Counted from the first letter of the stretch, positions 14,148-28,120 are shown. The stretch: 64,000 nucleotides of DNA from Octopus vulgaris (GCA_951406725.2 OX597818.1:109058001-109122000), one strand, 5' to 3'. Translations and numbers: made by a program. Notes: generated from the letters alone by a model not told the origin.

Positions 14148-14510
14148 TTTCACTTGTTTCAGTCAATAGACTGTGGCCATGCTGGGGCATGACATTGAAG
14201 AACATTTTTAGCCGAAAGAATCAACCCCAGTACTATTTCTTTTATTGGTCTTTTATGCTAAATCACTAAGTTATGGGGATGTAAACACACCAACACTGGT
14301 TACCAAGTATTTATTGGGCAACAAACACAGACACACACACAAACATATACATACACAACAAGCTTCTTTCAGTTTCCTTCTACCAAATCCTACCACAAGG
14401 ATTTGGTTGATTCGAGGCTATAGCAGAAAACACTTGCCCAAGATGCCATGTGGTAGGACTGAACCCAGAGCCATATGGTTGGGAAGCAAGCTTCTTACAA
14501 CACAGCATGT
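14148..14510 (-). mobile_element. tRNA-derived SINE family B
   Basis: Reverse complement of GCTGTGTTGTAAGAAGCTTGCTTCCCAACCA..GGGTTCAGTCC..CTTGGGCAAGTG..CCAGCATGGCCACAGTC..ACTGAAACAAGT; partial neighbours at ~13975-14130 and ~14560-14710. Confidence 0.75.
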
Positions 14511-14807
14511 CTGCATCAATGAATGCATGCATACATAAATACATGCTAGGCTTTTACACATCCTTTGCCGACAAATTCAGTCACATGCCATTCATTGCCC
14601 TTGCAACAGAAATAACAGAAAAAAAACTTGCCCAAGTTACTCCACTGTAAGATTGAACTTGAACTCATCAGGTTACAAACAAAACTTCTTAATCACAGCC
14701 ATGCCAGCACCCGTATACTTTCTATTCATTATTTCTTTCCATTTCAGAGCAGCTATTTTACAATAATCCATAATGCTTCATAATGTACATATTACTTAAT
14801 ATTTAAG

Positions 14808-15043
14808 GTTGCTCCAGTTCACTCAGCTGTTGAAATGAGTTGCGACGTCACAGGTGCCAAGCTGTATCGGCCCCTTTGCCTTTCCCTTGGACAACATCGG
14901 TGACGTGGAGAGGGGAGGCCGGTATGCATGGGCGACTGCTGGTCTTCCATGAAACAACCTTGCCCAGACTTGTGCCTCAGAGAGTAACTCTCTAGGTGCA
15001 AACCCATGGTCAGTGTCTGACCAAAGGGGGTCACTATCACTAT
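14808..15043 (+). mobile_element. SINE 3' half with RTE-derived (Ceph-like) body
   Basis: CCAGTTCACTCAGCTG..AAATGAGT followed by a body homologous to 17850-18269 and a (CACTAT)n tail; diverged relative at ~61395-61490. Confidence 0.6.
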
Positions 15044-15044
15044 C

Positions 15045-15158
15045 AACTGGTAGAACCGTTAGCATGCCGGGCAAAATACTCAGTGGCATTTTGTCCATCT
15101 TTACATTCTGAGTTCAAATTCCACTGAGGTTGACTTTGCCTTTCATCCTTTTGGAGTG
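15045..15158 (+). mobile_element. SINE family A, 5' half
   Basis: CTGGTAGAACCGTTAGC..GAGTTCAAATTCC..CCTTTCATCC. Confidence 0.75.
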
Positions 15159-15162
15159 AATA

Positions 15163-15386
15163 TATTTCTTTATTGCCTAAATGGGCCTAAACATAGAGGG
15201 GACAAACAAGGACAGACAAAGGGATTAAGTTGATTACATTGACCCCAGTGCATAACTGGTACTTAATTTATCAACACCAAAAGGATGAAAGGCAAAGTTG
15301 ACCTCAGCAGAATTTGAACTCAGAACATAATGGCAGACGAAATACAGCTAAGCATTTCGCCCGATGTGCTAACGATTCTGCCAGCT
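15163..15386 (-). mobile_element. SINE family A, near full length
   Basis: Reverse complement of the family A sequence seen at 53764-53979. Confidence 0.8.
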
Positions 15387-16480
15387 GAATCAGATTCAAT
15401 GAAAGATCTTCACACCAATTGTCACAGATTCACCAAGCAACACACTAAAGGAATTAGCCAAGAATATATAGTTTCTTTGCTTTCCCACTTCTGTAACAGT
15501 TTTTGTTTTTGTCTAAATAAATGCACATTACACAACTCAAGCTGAATCTGATACCCCCCCCCACACACACACACACATTTAACTAATTCTTATAAGTTGT
15601 CCCAGGAATGTCGATGCTTGCACTCACGGCAATTATACGCCTGTCTTTCTTTTCTTTTTCTTTTTCCCCCTCTTCCCACCCGACACACTTTGCTATTTCT
15701 CATTTTCTCTCTCACCAAACATTGCAGTCATTGCAGTAAAAACTTTCCCAAAGTTTGCAGTATACACTCACCCAATTCTTCCTCAATTAACCAAACTCAC
15801 CTGGATCAATCCATTCTCATGTCTTCATCTATAGAAATCACGTTACAGAAGCTAAAGCTGAAAATAAACTACATCAACTTCACCTATCTGAGGTAGACTA
15901 TAAAAATTAGGAGGACCACTCCACTCCTGCCAATTAAATAATAATAAGAAGAATAAGAAGAAGAAGAAGAAGAGGAATAGCCAGAACAAGTGAAATCGAG
16001 AGTTCTGTGAATTGCAATGAAAGTAATAATAATAAAATTAGACAGAGTATCCGATATAGTAGTTCTAAAAGAACTAATTAGGTTACACAGTCTGCACAAT
16101 TCAATACATAACCAAACCATCTGTTTCTCATAATGATTATATATGGGTCTCACAGTGAACGAAAACATGTTTTTCCTCATAGAATACCAAATGATAGCTT
16201 AGTTATACAGTTAATTGATAATGGCTTACATTATCTACCTTTTATATACAAGACATCACAAAATAGAAGACAATACTTTTTTTCCAAAACGTATATATTT
16301 GCATTGGTTCATGTGAAAGGAGACTAGTTTTTTTTTTATTTCTTTGTCTTATTTCATTTTGTTTCTATGTAATCATTGGCGATTTCTGTTTTTTCTTTTA
16401 TATATTTTTTTAAACAGTTTATTTTATTCTTACTCAGCAAATACTTAAGACATATCAATAGTAAACAGAGAATGCTGGCA

Positions 16481-16511
<31 letters not shown>

Positions 16512-17649
16512 GCAGGGTGAAGAAATTAGTTATGTTGACAGCATGACCTTTAAATTTTGACTTTCTTTTCTAAGTAATAGAAACAACTAGTATAACATTA
16601 TGAAGAGTTCTACTGTTTTCTCTTAGGTCTAACTGGTAGGTGGGACAGAAAGAAAGAAAAAAAATTGAAAAATCATCAGCATACACAAAGGAAGTATTAG
16701 GTTTAATTACAAACACACAGCATCTTTGTGAAAGTAGATGAATCAAATTTCTTATACATTCCTATTGATAAGTATCAACTGAAATTACAGACCAAGGCAA
16801 TATTTGTTGTTTTTTTTAATAAACAAAATGTCAAAAATATAAATGTACCCGTTATATTATTTACATAGGCTATGATGAATAATTACCATTTATTACCTGA
16901 TATCCCACTTTTGAGTCAAGATCAGTATATCATCTTGTCATGGATGGTGAACGTAAACAGCTTAAAGAGTTCAGTGACTGAAATTGGATTTTTTACCCAC
17001 CTTTTTTTTTTTACATTATTCAAACTTCATCTATTTCACAGGACAAAGAATAATAATGTGGTAAGTCTTGCATACATTAAATAATTAGGCAAAAAACGTT
17101 AATCACTTGAGAGTATCGAAATAAGTAGAAAAACAAAAAAAATTCTCACTAACACTGTTGGAATGTTTTGAAAAGAAGGAAGATAACTCCAATAAGTTCA
17201 CTTGATCACAATTTCTAAACAAAAGAGACAATGTAGATTGGAATGAGAAAGAACAGATACAACAATCACTTCTCTAACTGAATCAACACTGAGAATAACA
17301 TTGGAAATAATATTTTAGCATCCAAGACATAAATAAGAAATGAAACATTTCGCAGAGTCCACCAAACTAGAAACTCTAATGCCATACAGATGACATCCTA
17401 AAGACATCAATGATTTATTCATATCTTAATCAAGAATCTTCTAACTTGTGAACTTTTCTCGAAACAAACAGTTCCTAATCCTTATTATCTGAAAGCTATA
17501 TGTCAGCAGAGAGAACCAAGAAAGCACAGAACCAACTAGGATGCTTAAGAATAGGAAAAGCTTACTTTGTACACTGTATAAATCTTGTTAATTTTTAACT
17601 CTGTTTTCATCACAAGGGATTCATAAAAAGTTAATATTTAATGTCTTTA

Positions 17650-17832
17650 AGGCGGTGAGCTAGCAGAATCATTAGCAAGCTGAGAATCTGAGTTCAAATT
17701 CCAATAAGGTCATCTTTGCCTTTCACCCTTTCAGGGTTGATAAAATAAGAACCAGTTGAACACAGGGGTTGATGTAATCAACTTACCCCTACCATTGCAA
17801 TTGCTGGCCTTGTGCCAAAATTTGAAACCAAT
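17650..17832 (+). mobile_element. SINE family A, internally deleted
   Basis: GGCGGTGAGCTAGCAGAATC..GAGTTCAAATTCC..GCCTTTCACCC. Confidence 0.75.
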
Positions 17833-17849
17833 ATTAACTGTCTTTAAAT

Positions 17850-18269
17850 TGTTGGCATCCTTTTGTCTTGGGAGACAATGGAGTTGCACATAAACTAATC
17901 CAGTCTGGTTTTTACATTTCATGTCCTCTTCAGTTTCCTCTCCAGTTTTGTGCAGGCCTGGGCTAGATGTAAGAAAATCCTGGTTAGCCCAATCGTCAGG
18001 ATTCCTCTCTCGACATTGCTGATGTAGTCCAAAGGAGTGCAGAGCATTACATTTGGTACCAGCTTGGTTGCAGGACCTGCTGGAAGAGTGTCAAACACTA
18101 AACTGCCTACGAGGCCCAACTCCAGATTTCTTTGAAGGTTGTCTCCTTTCCGTAACCCTGGATAGGGGCCCATACCAGGTACTATGAGCCGGAGCCAGCT
18201 GAGCCTGGGACTCGTGTCAGGCAGGGTTGTCACCCCTTGAAGTAGTGAAGAAAATCGCTACCCACTACC
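17850..18269 (-). mobile_element. Bipartite non-autonomous RTE-derived retroelement
   Basis: Perfect 15-bp TSD TAACTGTCTTTAAAT at 17835-17849 and 18270-18284; minus-strand 3' end CCATTGTCTCCCAAGACAAAAGGATGCC resembles the RTE end at ~4420-4450. Confidence 0.75.
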
Positions 18270-19139
18270 TAACTGTCTTTAAATACACACACAGAATCAA
18301 ACCAGAAATGATTTTTATTAAAATGGATATAAAAAATACACCAGCATCGTAAGGCAAAAATTCCTTATTGCAAACAGCAGTTTAAAGAATGGTACATTTC
18401 TTAGTTTATTTAAGTTGCTCTTACCAAAACAACAGAAGCAACAGCCATTTCAGAAAATCATTCAAAGCTGCAAACATTCAGCCAACAACAAAACATCTGT
18501 ATAGTCACTCAACTTGCTGGAAATAGCAGCTGAATCATTCCCATATCACACACACTACTGCCAGGAAAGACATACACTGGATACACTTGCTTGAATACAA
18601 AGGATGTTTTTGGTCACACAAAAACATCTATCATCAAAGGTATGTTGAACCTGAACAGAACCTAAACGAAACAACAACAGTGCAAATATTGAGCGCAGGA
18701 CACTCAATTCTCCTTGCCCTACCATCATATTCACACTGGATACATTTCTCCAGATAACAGTGGTATGGTAGAGCCACAGGTAATAGATTCAGGTTTTGTA
18801 ACCAGGGATTATAAAGCAAACAGAAGAAGAACATTCATGTATGTAGAAGCAAGACACCTTTGTTGTTTATATTTCATGGTGGAATTCTTTTACTCTTTTA
18901 CTTGCTACAGCCATTTGACTGTGGCCATACTGGAGGTTCAAATTTCTGAATTAATGCTGGAGTTTATTAATTTAAAGAGTAAAAATTAACCTAAATTTGT
19001 GTATATAGTTATATATAGACAAGGACAGTGGAAAGAAAGTGTATAAAGCAGAAACCAATAACTACATCACAAATTATCAAAAAAAAAAAAGAAAATGGGT
19101 AAATAAAGAAATAGACCAATATATTCACAGGCCATCAAG

Positions 19140-19445
19140 GGAGCCTCCAACCACATGGTTCCAGGTTCAGTTCCACTGTGTGGCACCTTGGGCAAGTGTC
19201 TTCAGCTATAACCTCAAACCAACCAAAGCCTTGTGAGCGCATTGTGTGTGTGTGTGTGTGTGTGTCCATCCTTATTTGTCTCCCACCACTGCTCAACAAA
19301 CAGTGCTGGTGTGTTTACAACCCTATAACATAGCTGTTTGGCAAAAGGGACTGATAGAAATAGGTCCTGGGGTCAATTCATTTGACTAAAACTTTTCACG
19401 GTGGTACCCCAGCATGGCCACAGTCTAATGACTGAAACAAGAGAA
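19140..19445 (+). mobile_element. SINE family B
   Basis: CCAACCACATGGTTCCAGGTTCAG..GGCACCTTGGGCAAGTGTC..(TG)n..CCAGCATGGCCACAGTC..GACTGAAACAAG. Confidence 0.75.
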
Positions 19446-20370
19446 AAGAGATGATAGGAGAGGGAAAATAAAGAGAAAGGAGAGATGCAGATAATGAGGA
19501 AGTTCGGACCAACATGAATCTAGTGCTGGGAAAGGTGTTCTAAGTTTCTTTAAGACAAAAGACTGTAATGAGAGGAAAGTTGCTGCTATTTCTAGAAAGA
19601 CAAGAGAGAACATGGAGGCTGCCTTAATGGCCTGTGACTATATTGGTCAAACTGAGAGGTCAGCTAGCATCACATTAGTATGAGGCATCATTTCACCAGA
19701 CCAGCTTTAAAGCTGGTAGTAAACACATACACTGGATCTCTAATAGCTCACATTCACTCCACCCCTGCCAGCGCCTACTTTCTTCTCTTACTCATATACA
19801 AAATGCTATGGTGGAAGAGGTGTTGGTAGAACATGATTAATACTTATAGATTAATTACTATTTAGTTGTAATTGTCAGAAGATGTAAACAATCTTTAATT
19901 ATCATTTTGACAATTATCCTACCACACTAATTCCTAGTTAGAACAACAATACATTCATCATTATTACTGTCTTTGTTTTGTTATCTCTTGTTTGCTTATT
20001 TTTTATTCTTTTTTTTTTGTTCTTTCTCTTCAGTTCTTCACACCAGAAAGAATAGCAACATACTGGAAATAGAATAAAATATCCACATTTTCAAAGATTA
20101 CAAGAATCACATTCTCTAAATTGTTTCCACTACGAAAAGCCCACTTTTCTTCTTCTCCAAATCCCCACCTACCACAAACATAAGCATTCCACTACATTCT
20201 TAAGATGCCTTGTTTTAACAGACATATATTCTTACAAACACACACATAATGCAAGCACACACACACACACACAGACACACCACCTTTATGAAACAAAATC
20301 TTTGCTAACTAACAGCCAGTTGCTTCTAAATTAACAATATATATATATATATATATATATCCCTATAATG

Positions 20371-20418
<48 letters not shown>

Positions 20419-20472
20419 GTATATATATCTCTATAATGAAACACTGGCTAGCTAGAAGTTAATATATGATAT

Positions 20473-20541
<69 letters not shown>

Positions 20542-21214
20542 ATAAAGAAGGCATCCAAAGGTGAAGGTGATTTTCTAGAGGTAAGTAAAAGGGAGAAAGA
20601 CAGAGAATGGTAGATGGTCTTCTTGCTAGGCAACCATGAATCTTGACTGAACACCCACATTGTCATGCAGCATATTCACAACAGCAAAGTTATCAATAGC
20701 AAGCCTGTGAGGACAGACAACTTGTCGTCTGTCACTGAAGATTAGGGATGTAGTAGATGGAAAAACGGAGAGTGGAACTCAGAGTGAATGAAACAAAGAG
20801 AAGAATATGAGATAAATTAAAGGATATGAACAAGACAAGTTTGTTAATGATCTATAATTTTAAATACAATTAGCAATTATGCATATATATACATGAGGAG
20901 AAAAGAATATGTATGTAATAAAGTATGCCTCCAGGTAGGAGTTTTTGACATACTTAGAAAATATCAAATTATTATGTATAAGTGTGCATATGCAAATATA
21001 TATTTGTGCAGAAGGCTGGGAGTCTGAATGCAGACATGTATTCCTTCATTAAACATGAGTGAATGTATATTAGCTGCATTGCTAAAGGAAAATATTCTGG
21101 TACATTTTTCAAAATATAAAAATGCATCCTATTTAATCATAATAACATTCTCATACACAAAAGCATATTAAATTTGTGGTTCTTTTTCTCTCTTTCTTTT
21201 TTTTTTTGATCTTT

Positions 21215-21540
21215 TTCTTGTTTCAGTCATTAGACTGCGACCATGCTGGGGCACCACATAGAAGAAGTTTTAGCCAAGTTTATCAACCCTAGTATCTATA
21301 TCTCCTTTCTAAGCCTGATCTTTTACCAAACTGATAAATTACAGGTACATAAACACACCAACACTGGGGGACAAACACAAACACACAAACACTTCTTTCA
21401 GTTTCTGTCTACCAAATCCACCCACAAGCTAGTGATCAGTCTAAGGCTATAATAGAAGACACTTGCTGAAGGTGTGGTGCAATGGGATTGAACCCAGAAC
21501 CATGTGGTTTGGAAGAAAACTTTTTACCATACAGCTATGA
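21215..21540 (-). mobile_element. SINE family B
   Basis: Reverse complement of the family B head and tail motifs. Confidence 0.7.
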
Positions 21541-22029
21541 CCTATTTTTCAGAAAAAAGGAAACAAAATATTGTGACATTCATAGGTTCACTAGAAGTTT
21601 ATCAATTAAAACGGTAAGTCTTCAGCAGAAAGTATAAACCAAGTTACTAATCTCAACTAGTCACGAGCTCAAAGTATATTGCAAAGCATTGATAACAGAT
21701 ATGTAATGAAACATTAAATAGGATTGTTGATATACTCTGACACACACACACACACACATACACACACACACATGCATGCATGCATGCACACGGGTGCTGA
21801 CATGACCAAATGATTAAAGAACTTACTTCACAACTCCGTGTTTCTGGGTTTAATCCTAAGACATTGGTACTTTGGGCCAATGTCTTCTATTAAATAGATT
21901 GGCGCTACTCAATGATCAGAGAATGAAATTCACTTAAAAGAAACTAGACAGAAGCCAGTCATTTATACATGCGTAAATACACACACACATACATACATAA
22001 CACATGCAAGACTCAAAAGAGATTTAAGG

Positions 22030-22405
22030 AAGAATGTTATGATCAAGAAGGTGAATCACAATGACCTTTCTGGGTGCACAGTTTGTGACAGACCATACCT
22101 TTCTTTTGCTGGGATCAAATCTCATTTGTGAACCCATGGAAAACGAACCTCCACCAACCATTCTGCCTATATGTCTGTGTGCACTTTTCAATGTTGTATA
22201 TACCAGAAGGTTTGCAAAAGACATTTTAATATCTACAAAGATCAAAACTTATCTGCCGCTCTCGGTGGTCCAAATCGGATATGCAATCTATGTGGGTGTC
22301 TTTTCAGAATATTGTCTGGTTTAAAAAACCATATCAGATGCCATGATGGATCTAAGGTGTAGGTACAGGAGGTGGTCAAACTCTGTATAAGGAGTAGACA
22401 ACCAC

Positions 22406-22406
<1 letters not shown>
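22030..22406 (+). pseudogene. Decayed tandem C2H2 zinc-finger fragment, probably the 3' end of a LINE
   Basis: Frame from 22060: CTVCDRPYLSFAGIKSHL*TH ... CNLCGCLFRILSGLKNHIRCH (both C-x2-C-x12-H-x3-H) with a damaged middle finger; short UTR then a simple-repeat tail. Confidence 0.6.
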
Positions 22407-22447
<41 letters not shown>

Positions 22448-22496
22448 CATACACATACACACACACATACATACATACATACATACATACATACAT

Positions 22497-22535
<39 letters not shown>

Positions 22536-22704
22536 AATATATGTGTTCACCTATATGTATATACATATCAGAGGCTCCGGTGAAGCTATGAGGTGTTACT
22601 CAGGCACTCAACTATAAGTCCACTGTATCTTTCAGCAGAAACAGCTGTAAGCTAATGAAGTTCAGAAGATAATCATTTATTCCTTTGTCATCACTTTTTC
22701 TTAT

Positions 22705-22751
<47 letters not shown>

Positions 22752-25700
22752 TTCATGTATATATTTGCGTAAAAATATGTGTATATGTATATGTGAATAT
22801 ACATATACAGACACATGCATACATGACAATGAATTCACTATTTTTGTTAGGGGCAGCCATGTTTGTGTGGTTAAGAAGTTCATTGCACAACCATATGGCC
22901 TTAGATTCAGTCTTACTGCATAGTACATTGGGCAAGCATCTTCCACTATTGCTTCTGACCAACTAAAGAAATTGGGAGACAGACACTGTACGAAAAGCCA
23001 TCACATGCCTAAGTGCATGCCTGAAGGTGTGTGTCAGAGGTATCACTTTTACTTCTTGCATGAGATCACCTGAGTGAGAGAAACAGTGGCATTGAGTTTG
23101 CATTTCTGGTGAATATTACCCAGGCCCCGTGGCTCAGCACTCTTGAAATAGTGAAATATTGCTTTTATAAAAGAGGAAAGGGTTGATGGCAAGAAATGCA
23201 TTCATCCATAAAAATACTACTGACCAAAACCTTGTGAGTGGACTCAGTACAAAGAAACTGAAAAGAATTCATTCTGTGTGTGTGCACATGCTTTACCTTC
23301 TCTTTGCCTTGACATTGTGTGATAGTTGTAAACGAATACCACTGTCATACAAGCAGTGTCCTTCATTTGCAACTGTCCATAAAGACATGTCTCATGATAG
23401 GGAAATATTACTTTATTTGGAAAGATGTGATGATTGGTTACAGAAAGAGCATCTGTCCATAGAATTTCTGCTTCAACAAGATCCAACTCATATGAACATG
23501 GAAAGACAGACATTAAAACAATGATTATGAGGATGACTATGATGATATAGTCATCATTTGTGTCTACTTTTCTATGCTTGTCAGACAGAATCTGTTGAAG
23601 CAGATTTTCAACATTTGGATGCCCTTCTTGTCACCAAACCTAATCTGTTTCCAAGCAAAGTAGAAAGAGAGAATGATCTAAAATTTATTCTGTAAAGAAT
23701 TTACCTTATTCTAAATTTGACAAACATAAAAATGTATTTCTGCAAAATTTCATTTAAAAAAATATGGGGGGGGGGTATCAATATAATTGCAATATAGATC
23801 CTTAAAAGGTATCTCTACAATATTTCATCAAACAATATGCATTTTTCAGAAGTTACACCAAAATAAACTGAGAGCCTGATGGAGAAACACAAGTAAAATA
23901 CTAAACTATTTTCTTTTAGGTTAAAAGTACCTTTTCTAAACCAATGAAAGTTATATCATATGTGTGTATGTGTGTGTGTGTGTGTGTTTGAAGCGCCATC
24001 ATTTAATACAAACATGTAGTGTTTTTTTTTTTAATAATTTTTTTTAAAAACCATTTGAACAAAAACTGTGAAGTTAAATGAAAATTTACAGCAAATGACA
24101 GTTTCATTTTGATGGCAATGCCTGCTACTCCAGCCATAATAATAATTATTTTTTTCACTTTCCCTGATCTACATATAACATACCTACTGCTACCTGCTCC
24201 ATTTCCATCTGTCATTCAGTCATCCTCTCCCAAATGTAACAACAAACAAAACCACATTTGTACTTATTGTGTGATTGTACCTTAAAGCATGTCATTGCCT
24301 ATTTAACGTGGACAGTTTACTTCAAGCTACATTTATGAGATCTAAGATTCCACTAGAAACCCAGAAAGGAAACAATTTTCAACATAAATTCCTTGATTTA
24401 GATATCTACCAGCAATGTATTTGTTTGCATCTATTTAAATTTACAAATACAAACATACATGGAAACAGTATTTTAAGAAAACTCATGAGTAAGTATATAT
24501 ATCACAACACAACATTTACAAAAATAAGCTATTTCTCTTCTTGATTGTAATAAAGAGATTACCTATCATCTTCTCTTTGACCTATTTCCCAAAATATGCA
24601 TCAAGGATAATTTTCTTCTCAAACACTCTGTAGATACGTACTGAGCAAGGTTAACATTGATAAATGCAAATTATATTTATACAGCAAAATGATAATGCCT
24701 GGTGCAACATCAACATTTTCAGTGGGGCAATTTTCCTGATTACACCTATCATGGCAGTTCTCGTGATAAGGGTTTTACAGAGTAAAGTGTGTATGTGGAG
24801 GGGAGAGGGGTCAGATATTCTACAGATAAATATGTATTATATGATGTTATGTTGTAGCACACATGTTTTTAAGTGAAATAAGTACCATATCATAGAAATG
24901 TACTATTTGGTTTCCAAATTGATGCTTCAAACAGTTTCTAATCAATAAAATGTAGTTTACAAATTGAAAAACAAGATATTTTAGTAAAACAAAAAGTATT
25001 AACATCAAGTGAAAATAATGAAGCCTGTTAGGAATGAATAACGTGTATGTGTGTGTGTGCGTGTGTGTGCATTCATTCACGAATATATAATTCTGTATTG
25101 TGTATAGAAATAGATTAACAAATTTGAACATGACAAGATTTTCCTGTAAATGTAAAGAGAACATACACATATATTTGTGCATGTAGATGCATATTTATAT
25201 TGCATCTAGTATGAAGAACCATAAAAATGTTTGTATATAATGGAGAGGAGACTAGCAAGGGATGCTGAAAAGGAGGATGAGGAGGTGGTGGTGGACATGG
25301 GAAAGAGAAGAAGAGAGAAGTAAGGACAAGAGAAAGCGAAAGAGAAGAAGAAGAAATTCAGAAACTAAAACGTAGAAAGAGAGGGAAGGAAGAAGAAAAT
25401 TAGAGAGAGTGAAAGAGTGGTCGGGAGAGAAAGAGAAAAGATGGAGAGGGGGAAGTGAGGGGGAGAGAGAGAGATGTATGACCTGCAAGATAATCATCTT
25501 TAAAAAATTCTTCTGAAGAGAGCTCTAATGACCTCACAAGGTCATGCGGTCATGACATTTGATGTGCAGCTGTACAAGCTTTTCTTCTAAATGATGTGCA
25601 CCTACACTCAGAACCTGTCTTTTCTACCTTACTTGTTCAATTAGACTTGTAGACATATGCAAAATCTCCATCATCATCACCATCATCATTACTGCAGGCA

Positions 25701-26412
25701 CAGCAACAGTTGCCACCACCACCACCACCACCACCAATACTGTTTAACTAGTAATTGTTGCCACCACCACCACCAACACCTTCGCTACCATCACTCCTAG
25801 ATTATTGTTCCAACTATCAGCAGAGTCCACAAAACTTATAAAATCGAAATTGACCTTCCAAGAGATTATGGTAAAAATACTTTGCAGCAGTCCTGTTGCA
25901 CTTTCAGTTTTTAGTTTTATTAAGAAAAATAATAAGGATACAACAATTGGTAGAGCAATATTATGAGTTGATGTATGTAGGAAAGATGCCAGGCGTTAAT
26001 GATGAAAATTAGGTGAAAAAATGCTTGTATACTGTCAGTGGAACATACAAGAAGCAGAAGAGGAAGATGTGAGAAATGTTGAGGCCAAATGTCAGTGCAC
26101 CTAAGATAATATTCCAAAACATGGAAACAGGTTTGGGTAGACTGGATAGAAAACCAGTCCAACAAATGCCAACATACCAGGATGAACATCAAAAACAGGG
26201 GAGATGAAATGTAGAAGGATATATTTGATAACGATGGTAACAATAAATTATCCCAAGGCCATGTGGTTAGGAAATTTGCTTGGTAGTAATGTGGTTCTCA
26301 GTTCAATCCCACAACATAGCACCTTGCACCAATGTCCTCTACTATAATCTCAGATTGACAGAAGTATTGTGAGAAAAATTTGACAAACAGCAACTGCGCA
26401 GAAGTTTTTTGA

Positions 26413-26443
<31 letters not shown>

Positions 26444-27369
26444 TGCATGTGTGTGTTTTGTTGGGGGTGGGGGAGTAGTGGGATTGAAAAATCACCGTTT
26501 GGTTTTGATTGGTCAAGGACACCTTCCAAAAGTCCCATGCAGAGAGCCTGAACTCAAAACCAAATGGTTGAGAAGGAAACTTCTTAATCACACAACCATG
26601 CCTGTGCCTGTGAGCATGTAAGAGAGGGAGAGGGGCACATGTATACACATATACATACGCAAATATATGTATATAAGCATTTTAATACATAATGATTAGT
26701 TTGACAAAATATCTTGTTTTGCCAATGGCTCTTCAGGAACGAAAGAACAATATTTAGAGAAACTAATTTTAAGTTACAATTTGCAAGAATGAAAGACTGA
26801 AATTATAAATACACACACACGTGCGCGCATATTCCCACATGCACACATGGTTACATATATGGACACATTTGTACACCTGCACACAAATTCACACACTAAC
26901 GTACATACATATCTATACAAAAGTGTATACATATAAACAATGATGCCCACATAGTTGTACAAAGATTTCTCATTCTCCATTCAGCTGACCTAAGCATCAA
27001 CAACACACAGACAATTGACTCTCATCCATTTATCCAATACTCACCTCTTCTCCTCCCATCTGTCACCAGTTATCTTACACTACTTTACACTTTCTTTCAT
27101 TCTTTCTTTCAAATGTTTTCATTCACTTATCTATTTAGATCCTCATTTTTTCTATCTATTTTACACACACACATATATATATATATATTCTGTTTTAATT
27201 TATTTTGTATTATAATTTTTATATATCTTTATATCGATATTTTGTAGTCATAGTTTATAATTTTATATTTTAAAAGTTACATATCTTAAATGATAATATA
27301 TTTTTACGTAATTGATATTTTCATATAATATACACAGTATAATTCACTTCTGTTTTCATATATATATAT

Positions 27370-27842
27370 ATCATCATCATTGTTTAACGTCTGCTTTCCA
27401 TGCTGGCATGGGTTGGACGATTTGACTGAGGTCTGGCGAACCAGATGGCTGCACTAGACTCCATTCTGATCTGGCAGAGTTTCAACAGCTGGATGCCCTT
27501 CCTAACGCCAACCACTCTGAGAGTGTAGTGGGTGCTTTTATGTGCCACTGGCACGAGGGCTAGTCAGGCAGTAATGGCAACGACCATGCTCAAGTGTACT
27601 TTTTACATGCCACCTGCACAGGAGCCAGTCCATTAGCACTGGCAATGACCTCATTCAAATGTTTTTTCACGTGCCACCAGCACAAGTGCTAGTAAGGCGA
27701 CGCAGGTAACGATCACGCCCGAATGGTGTTTTTAACGTGCCATCGGCACGGAGGCCAGCTTGTTGCTCTGGCAATGATCTCACTCCTATGGTACTCTTAG
27801 CGCTCCACTAGCAAACGGATGCCAGTCATCGAATTTGATTTT
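27370..27842 (-). mobile_element. RTE-family 3' tail
   Basis: (ATC)n, TTTAACGTC..TTCCATGCTGGCATGGGTTGG, CAGCTGGATGCCCTTCC and several internal TTTTACGTGCCAC-like repeats. Confidence 0.8.
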
Positions 27843-27845
27843 GAT

Positions 27846-28120
<275 letters not shown>

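Noticed and set aside
16030-17560. Possible ancient reverse-transcriptase remnants
   Set aside because: Too degenerate to show a diagnostic motif by eye.
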